A DNA stretch of 64,000 nt from Cyanobacteria bacterium auto_48_18 (GTDB lineage: Bacteria > Cyanobacteriota > Vampirovibrionia > Obscuribacterales > Obscuribacteraceae): the NCBI GenBank assembly GCA_036170915.1, contig JAVHQC010000036.1, forward strand, positions 1 through 64,000. Reading direction: 5' to 3'. Position numbers and translations under genes: made by a program. Below, piece by piece: positions 58,945 to 64,000 of this stretch. The notes under the pieces are model-generated. The model was not told the origin of the DNA. It worked only from the letters and a program-made list of their open reading frames with translations, and made no database searches. The stretch's first letter is position 1. Every line of letters starts with the position of its first letter.

Positions 58945-60028
58945 GTTGATCCTTTTTGATTGCAGGTAAATCGATGGTGACAGTCGTACCGTTCGGTGAA
59001 TTGTTTTTCCAGCTGATTAACGCTCCGACAAGATCAGCGCGCAATCGCATATAGCGCAGCCCCCGGGAATCACCCCGTTCCTTTACCTGAAAACCAATGC
59101 CATCATCTGTGATGCTCAAGCGAATGCGATCATCAATCGATTCAAGAGATATTCTTACCGTTTTCGCTTGTGAATGCTTTATTACATTATTGAGGGCTTC
59201 CTGGGTCAGGCGAAACAGCAATAGCTGCTCTGTTTTGTTAAGCGATTCAAGCATTGTTTCGTCAATGCCCTTGATAAATCGCCCCTGTAAACCGGCTTTG
59301 TGCACCATGTCGCGAGTTAACTGGTCTAAGGCTGCGCAGAGTCCTAAATTCTCCAGTACCGACGGAAATAGACTTTCCATCACCTCTCGAATGTGAGAGA
59401 CAGTGGTATCAAGAGATTTCTCCACCACCTGCAGATGTAGATTTCCATCGTTGGGCAGGCACTGGGACAATTGTGACTTAATCGTCTTAATTTCATTGAG
59501 TACCTGATCATGCAAGTCAGATGCCAGGATGCGCCGATCAGCCTCATCCTGTTTAAGCAATGCCAGACGGGTTTGATTTAGTTCGTCATTTTTAATAGCC
59601 AGCTCAAAGTAACGGCTTGTTTGCTTTTCTTCTGCATTCTTAAACGAACGTGCCAAAAGACCAAGTGCAAAGCTCAATGCAGTGGCGATAATTGCGCTAA
59701 GTAAACTGAAGCGCCCCGTCCATTGCCAGGTTAGCCATGCCAGGAAAGTGGCTATGGCGTAGACTTGAACAAATACAATGGGCAAGTAATTTGAGCGCAC
59801 TCGCAAAGCTGCCTCGCTAGCAAGAAAAGCCGTAAGCACCACTGCTGGTATCACTCGCCAAGCGTCAAGTTTGCCTGCGACTTGCGGTCTAAGGCCAATG
59901 GTTTCAAACATCTTTTGGTCGAAGGAAACAAACTGAGAGGCGGCAAGAACGGCTACGATCGCTGCGAGTGCCGGAAATATCAGGCGCAATAGATCTGTTA
60001 GGCTGCGAGTGGATAGAGCACTAAGCAA
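58934..60028 (-). CDS. HisKA_3 membrane sensor histidine kinase
   Basis: Four TM helices; LASDLHD, QEALNNVIKHS, DDGIGF and RGL..M motifs. Confidence 0.9.
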   Translation of the reverse strand: MLSALSTRSLTDLLRLIFPALAAIVAVLAASQFVSFDQKMFETIGLRPQVAGKLDAWRVIPAVVLTAFLASEAALRVRSNYLPIVFVQVYAIATFLAWLTWQWTGRFSLLSAIIATALSFALGLLARSFKNAEEKQTSRYFELAIKNDELNQTRLALLKQDEADRRILASDLHDQVLNEIKTIKSQLSQCLPNDGNLHLQVVEKSLDTTVSHIREVMESLFPSVLENLGLCAALDQLTRDMVHKAGLQGRFIKGIDETMLESLNKTEQLLLFRLTQEALNNVIKHSQAKTVRISLESIDDRIRLSITDDGIGFQVKERGDSRGLRYMRLRADLVGALISWKNNSPNGTTVTIDLPAIKKDQHAV

Positions 60029-60031
60029 AAT

Positions 60032-60952
60032 TTATTTCCGTAAAGCGCTGGGTTTCTTCTCTATTTTTTGATTCCCTGTACTCGGTTTATTCAATTCTTT
60101 TTGAAACTCAGATTTGGGTTTCATTTTCTCCAGATAATGCTTGGCCAGCCAATACTCCACAGAGTTAACTACGCCGTGGTTGCTGACAAACGAGAGCTTG
60201 TTTTGAGCTGTGGACAAATCTCCTTTTCCATAGGCATCAAGACCAAGAAATGCCTGACATTGCGCAAGATCGTAGGTGCTGTCTTCGGCTACTGATAAAA
60301 GTTTTTCCTGATCAATTTTGCCTTGCCAGTATTTCAAAAGTGGATATGGCCACAGTAGGCGGTCGAGCTTTTTTATGCCTTGAGCGCTTAATGCTTCCAA
60401 CTGTTTGTCATCGTGTGACATGCGAAATGCCAGGCAAGACAACACGGTGGCATGGGTGGCAAAGTCTGATTTCCACCCGGTGCGCTCAAGCCAACTTAAA
60501 GTATTTTTTGCTAACTGTCCTGGATTGTCACTGATTAGATAGGCACCGGCTCGATTGACTATGGCGTATTTATCCTTAGGGTCGATGGCTAGGGCCGCGT
60601 CAAAGTCTTTTATAGCCAGTTGTGGTCGATTGCTGCGAAAATAAACCACACCTCTGATGGTATAGGCCAGGCCATTTTTGGAATCAATGGAGATTGCCTT
60701 GGTCAGGTCGTTCAAGGCCGCCTGATAATTTTTCAATTCACTATATGCGGTGCCTCGGTCAACCAAAGCCGTGGCAGAATTTGCGTGCTTCAAGGCGGCG
60801 CTAAACTCGGTAATGGCTAGTTTGTACTGCTCCCGCTGCAAGAAATCTTTGCCTACTTCGTAATGTCTGTCGAATTCAGCAGAAGCACTGGCTCCTGGCA
60901 ACAATGTAGTCAGGCATACGCCTAGGCCGATGGCCAATTTTCGAACGTTCAT
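60032..60952 (-). CDS. Secreted TPR protein (NlpI-like)
   Basis: Signal peptide, TPR repeats, WPYPL and VEY..A motifs; 3 nt upstream of the kinase. Confidence 0.7.
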   Translation of the reverse strand: MNVRKLAIGLGVCLTTLLPGASASAEFDRHYEVGKDFLQREQYKLAITEFSAALKHANSATALVDRGTAYSELKNYQAALNDLTKAISIDSKNGLAYTIRGVVYFRSNRPQLAIKDFDAALAIDPKDKYAIVNRAGAYLISDNPGQLAKNTLSWLERTGWKSDFATHATVLSCLAFRMSHDDKQLEALSAQGIKKLDRLLWPYPLLKYWQGKIDQEKLLSVAEDSTYDLAQCQAFLGLDAYGKGDLSTAQNKLSFVSNHGVVNSVEYWLAKHYLEKMKPKSEFQKELNKPSTGNQKIEKKPSALRK

Positions 60953-61144
60953 AAATCCATTCCTGATGATCCCTGGGCAATTTTAGATCTCCAGCCGCCT
61001 CTAAGGCACCTTTATGAACCATATTTCTATAGAGCTATTGTTACTGGTACTTTACAAGCAGCTAAGAGATTTAAGAGCTGTGCTTCATTACCGCCGGGCT
61101 GGGTATGAAATTTATGGCGTTTAATTTTCCTTTGAGGTTGGACA

Positions 61145-63412
61145 GTGCAAGGTGGTGGTTGGTCTAACGCGGATAGTGACTGGCAGTTAAAGAGGCTGCA
61201 GCACGATTCGGTTAAAACTGTTGATAAAGTCGTGCAAACTGTTCGTACAGTCCTGCAGGAAGAAATTGTCGCCCATGGTCAGGAATACGAGAAGATGTTC
61301 GGTAAGTCTTCTGCGCAGTACAGTGAATACGTCAACATGATCATGGAAAAGCTTGAGCAGCTGGGAGTTGCCCCTCAAGCCGTGATGGAATGGCTTGATA
61401 AGACTGCTGCTGACGGCTCAATGCCTGATAATAAATTGACTTTGTCTATGCGCGATGCCCAGTCAGAAACTATTCCGCAAATTCGACTAGCAATTCCCTT
61501 AAGTGAGCAACTACAGCCACAACAAGATTTTGGCGATGTGCCAGCACCCGCGCCTCTAGTGAATGCCGGTAGTTTACCTTTTTCAGCTTTTCCGTCGGCC
61601 CAGGTGCCGACTCCTCTCGCTGCACCCGCCTCGTTTCCGCCTGCGGTCACTAACTGGCACGCTGCGCCAGACATGGATATTACTGTTCCTCACCACCAGG
61701 CTGCAATCGCAGATACGGTGACGAGTCCGTGGGGTGTACCGGCACCAAATGCCCAACCACCGGTGGCTGCGTCTCAACCATCAGGATGGAATGTGCCCTC
61801 ACCAGCCAAAACTGGACAGAACTTTGCCATGGTTGAGCCAGTAAAATCCACGGCCTCATTGATTGCCTCTAGCTGGGACAATGACTCATCGTCTGCACAG
61901 GCTCCCGCCGCACCAGCTGCTGTTCAAAGTGGATCTACGTGGATTCCTAATGCTGCCACAACAGCTCCCGTGCAACCTATTGCTTCGTCCAGTCATAATC
62001 CTGCAGGCGGCAACGCCTTCTCGTCTCACAGTGCTTCGGCTTGGGCCTCACCTCAACCTTCGTCAGTCGGCACTAATACCCCTAATTCCTTACCGGCCTG
62101 GCCGGTTAATCCGGTAGCATCGTCTCCAACTCCTGCTTCTCCGCCTACGCCTACTCCTGCGCCTGCTCCGACTCCTACTCCTGCGCCTGCTCCTGCGCCT
62201 GCTCCAACTCCTCCACCTGCATCCATTCCTCCGCCTGCACCTCAACCCGCTCCGCCGGTGCATGTGCCTGCCCCTGTAACAGCCTGGACACCGACTGCGG
62301 TGGAGGCAGCACCGGTCATCGAGTCACAGTGGGCTGCTCCTCAAATTCCTATTCCGTCACCGACACTCGGACCAAGAAGTTCTCCCTCCATCATGACTGC
62401 TGGACCGGTTCCCGCGCAGCAGGCGGTGCCGACTACGCCACCAGCTACGATGCCAGCGGCATCTGCACCGACACCAGCTGTGATGCCATCATCACAGGTC
62501 TTTGCCGCCATGCCTACGCCAGCTCAATTGGCTCCGAAGCCTTTGACCCAGCAGGGCCTGCCGCAACTGAACCCACAAGGGCAGCCACTTCCCCATCAGT
62601 CTCAGCCGATTCAGCAACAACAACAACAGCAACAACAACAGCCAGTACAGCAGGTGCAGGCGCCACCACAACCAGTGCACGCCGTGCCCCAAAATCCGTT
62701 CAATCAGAGACCAACCACTCAACCTGGCCTACCAAAGCCATTCCCAGTTCAGCAGCCAGTTCAGCAGCCAGTTCAGCAACAACAAGCTAGTCAGCCTCTT
62801 CAGGAAGTGGCAGAATCTCGCCCATCACGCCCAGCTACTGGTGGTTGGCCAGCAGGTCCACCACCAAATCCTTACGCTGCGCAAGACAGCGCTAGTCTTA
62901 CACAAATTACACAGACACCACAGACACCACAAACACCTCAGAGACCGCAGGCACCACAGGCGATGCCGCAGGTCCCTCCTCAGCAAGTTGCGCAACTACA
63001 ACCACAACAACAACAACAGCGAATGCCGGTGCAGCAGCAATGGGTGCCGCAACAGCCACAACCACCTGCCCCTCAGCAAGCCCCCGTTCAAAATCAGTGG
63101 CCCCAGCAGGCACAACCAAATCCACAGCAGCAGCCGCCGAATCAATGGCAGCCGGCTCCACAACCGCAAGCACCGAGACAGTCAGCAGCACCGATGCCGG
63201 TGCAAGCTCAATGGCAGGCGACACCCGCACCACAGGCCCCACCTGCACCAGCTCATTTCGTCAACATTCCTAGCGTTGCCTTGAATAGCAATGGCAACGG
63301 CAACAATGGTGGCAATGGCAATGGTGCTCCAGGAAACGGGATGGCATACCAAATGCAAGGTAGTGAAAGAGATGAGGCAGAGAAATACGATCCGGCTACG
63401 GCCTGGGATTAG
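61145..63412 (+). CDS. Pro/Gln/Ala-rich intrinsically disordered protein
   Basis: GAGG RBS before GTG; about 110-aa helical N-domain followed by about 640 aa of low complexity. Confidence 0.65.
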   Translation: MQGGGWSNADSDWQLKRLQHDSVKTVDKVVQTVRTVLQEEIVAHGQEYEKMFGKSSAQYSEYVNMIMEKLEQLGVAPQAVMEWLDKTAADGSMPDNKLTLSMRDAQSETIPQIRLAIPLSEQLQPQQDFGDVPAPAPLVNAGSLPFSAFPSAQVPTPLAAPASFPPAVTNWHAAPDMDITVPHHQAAIADTVTSPWGVPAPNAQPPVAASQPSGWNVPSPAKTGQNFAMVEPVKSTASLIASSWDNDSSSAQAPAAPAAVQSGSTWIPNAATTAPVQPIASSSHNPAGGNAFSSHSASAWASPQPSSVGTNTPNSLPAWPVNPVASSPTPASPPTPTPAPAPTPTPAPAPAPAPTPPPASIPPPAPQPAPPVHVPAPVTAWTPTAVEAAPVIESQWAAPQIPIPSPTLGPRSSPSIMTAGPVPAQQAVPTTPPATMPAASAPTPAVMPSSQVFAAMPTPAQLAPKPLTQQGLPQLNPQGQPLPHQSQPIQQQQQQQQQQPVQQVQAPPQPVHAVPQNPFNQRPTTQPGLPKPFPVQQPVQQPVQQQQASQPLQEVAESRPSRPATGGWPAGPPPNPYAAQDSASLTQITQTPQTPQTPQRPQAPQAMPQVPPQQVAQLQPQQQQQRMPVQQQWVPQQPQPPAPQQAPVQNQWPQQAQPNPQQQPPNQWQPAPQPQAPRQSAAPMPVQAQWQATPAPQAPPAPAHFVNIPSVALNSNGNGNNGGNGNGAPGNGMAYQMQGSERDEAEKYDPATAWD
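62744..62779 (+). repeat. Coding tandem repeat (CCAGTTCAGCAR) x3 encoding PVQQ
   Basis: Read directly. Related coding repeats at about 62140-62225 (PTPAP), 62613-62640 (CAA) and 62910-62940 (TPQ). Confidence 0.8.
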
Positions 63413-63442
63413 TCAGGGCACTAATGGTAATTTCAAATTGCT

Positions 63443-63931
63443 CTAGTGGCTTTCGCTGCTGTTTGCTTCGAACTGAGGTCGCGACGCAATTGAGCGGTGG
63501 TTTGGCGTTTCAACCCATGATTTGAGATTTTCGAGGCGACGGCGAATATCCTTTAAAATCGATGAACACGCCACTTGATTGGCAAAAGGCAAAAAGGTTT
63601 TCGGCTCACTAAAGGTATTCAACGTCACTTCGGTACGCTCACCGTTACCGATAGGAGTCAGTATCCATGAGCCTTCAAACGATTTCAATTTTTCAGATGT
63701 AACCATTGAAAAGTCAATGCGTTTGTAAGGTGTTTCGACTTCTTTATAGGTGCAACAAGCACTGCCTATCAAAGGCAATTCACTAAAATGTTCCTCAATC
63801 AAAGCTACATTTTCATGATGAGAAACCAGCTTTCTTCTGTGAGGCTCTTTAATGCGAGATTCCTGAATTGCTTCAAAAACAGCCTGAGGTGAGCCTTCAA
63901 TTACGACCGAAGATTCAGCGCCATGATGCAC
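63443..63931 (-). CDS. SRPBCC / polyketide cyclase-like protein
   Basis: SVVIEGSPQAVFE...RIDFSMV...SFEGSWIL pattern with a C-terminal helix. Confidence 0.75.
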   Translation of the reverse strand: MHHGAESSVVIEGSPQAVFEAIQESRIKEPHRRKLVSHHENVALIEEHFSELPLIGSACCTYKEVETPYKRIDFSMVTSEKLKSFEGSWILTPIGNGERTEVTLNTFSEPKTFLPFANQVACSSILKDIRRRLENLKSWVETPNHRSIASRPQFEANSSESH

Positions 63932-64000
63932 CCTATGATTTGCGAGGGCCTCACTGTTCCAATTAGCGCCGAAAAAAGTAGAAAAAAGGCATGCCGAAGC

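Noticed and set aside
62100..63320. Repeats as a CRISPR array or non-coding VNTR, and alternative-frame ORFs
   Set aside because: The repeats are in-frame codon repeats of the Pro/Gln-rich protein with no repeat-spacer structure. No CRISPR array was seen anywhere in the window.
1..64000. GC-skew or KOPS polarity switch confirming the replication terminus
   Set aside because: This cannot be computed reliably by eye. The one GGGNAGGG noticed (about 41339) is uninformative, so whether this is the chromosomal dif remains open.

Overview
64 kb of mostly chromosomal bacterial DNA with about 55 supportable CDSs, one tRNA-Leu(UAA) and one complete group II intron. A cyanobacterial-type MFS plus MgdA-like gene pair, multi-MshEN proteins and the absence of photosynthesis genes in this window suggest a non-photosynthetic Cyanobacteriota relative (Melainabacteria/Obscuribacterales-like); this is inference. 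Main finding: a 1,924-nt group II intron (28402-30325, minus strand) appears programmed to insert into a dif-like XerC/XerD site. Its EBS1 loop is complementary to the dif core. Its non-canonical 5' end (GGACG instead of GUGCG, with a compensatory epsilon-prime change) rebuilds the interrupted XerC-like arm. Other notable loci: a DUF3800 RNase H-like gene facing a convergent, promoter-bearing small hairpin RNA; a 2-aminoethylphosphonate pathway (aepX, aepY and a cytidylyltransferase-aminotransferase fusion) among envelope-polymer genes; a Dnmt2-like methyltransferase coupled to a pseudouridine synthase; four tandem secreted glycine-zipper paralogs; a SulP-STAS-beta-carbonic-anhydrase fusion; and a structured leader upstream of a triple-repeat protein. 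All calls come from reading motifs by eye; no searches were run.
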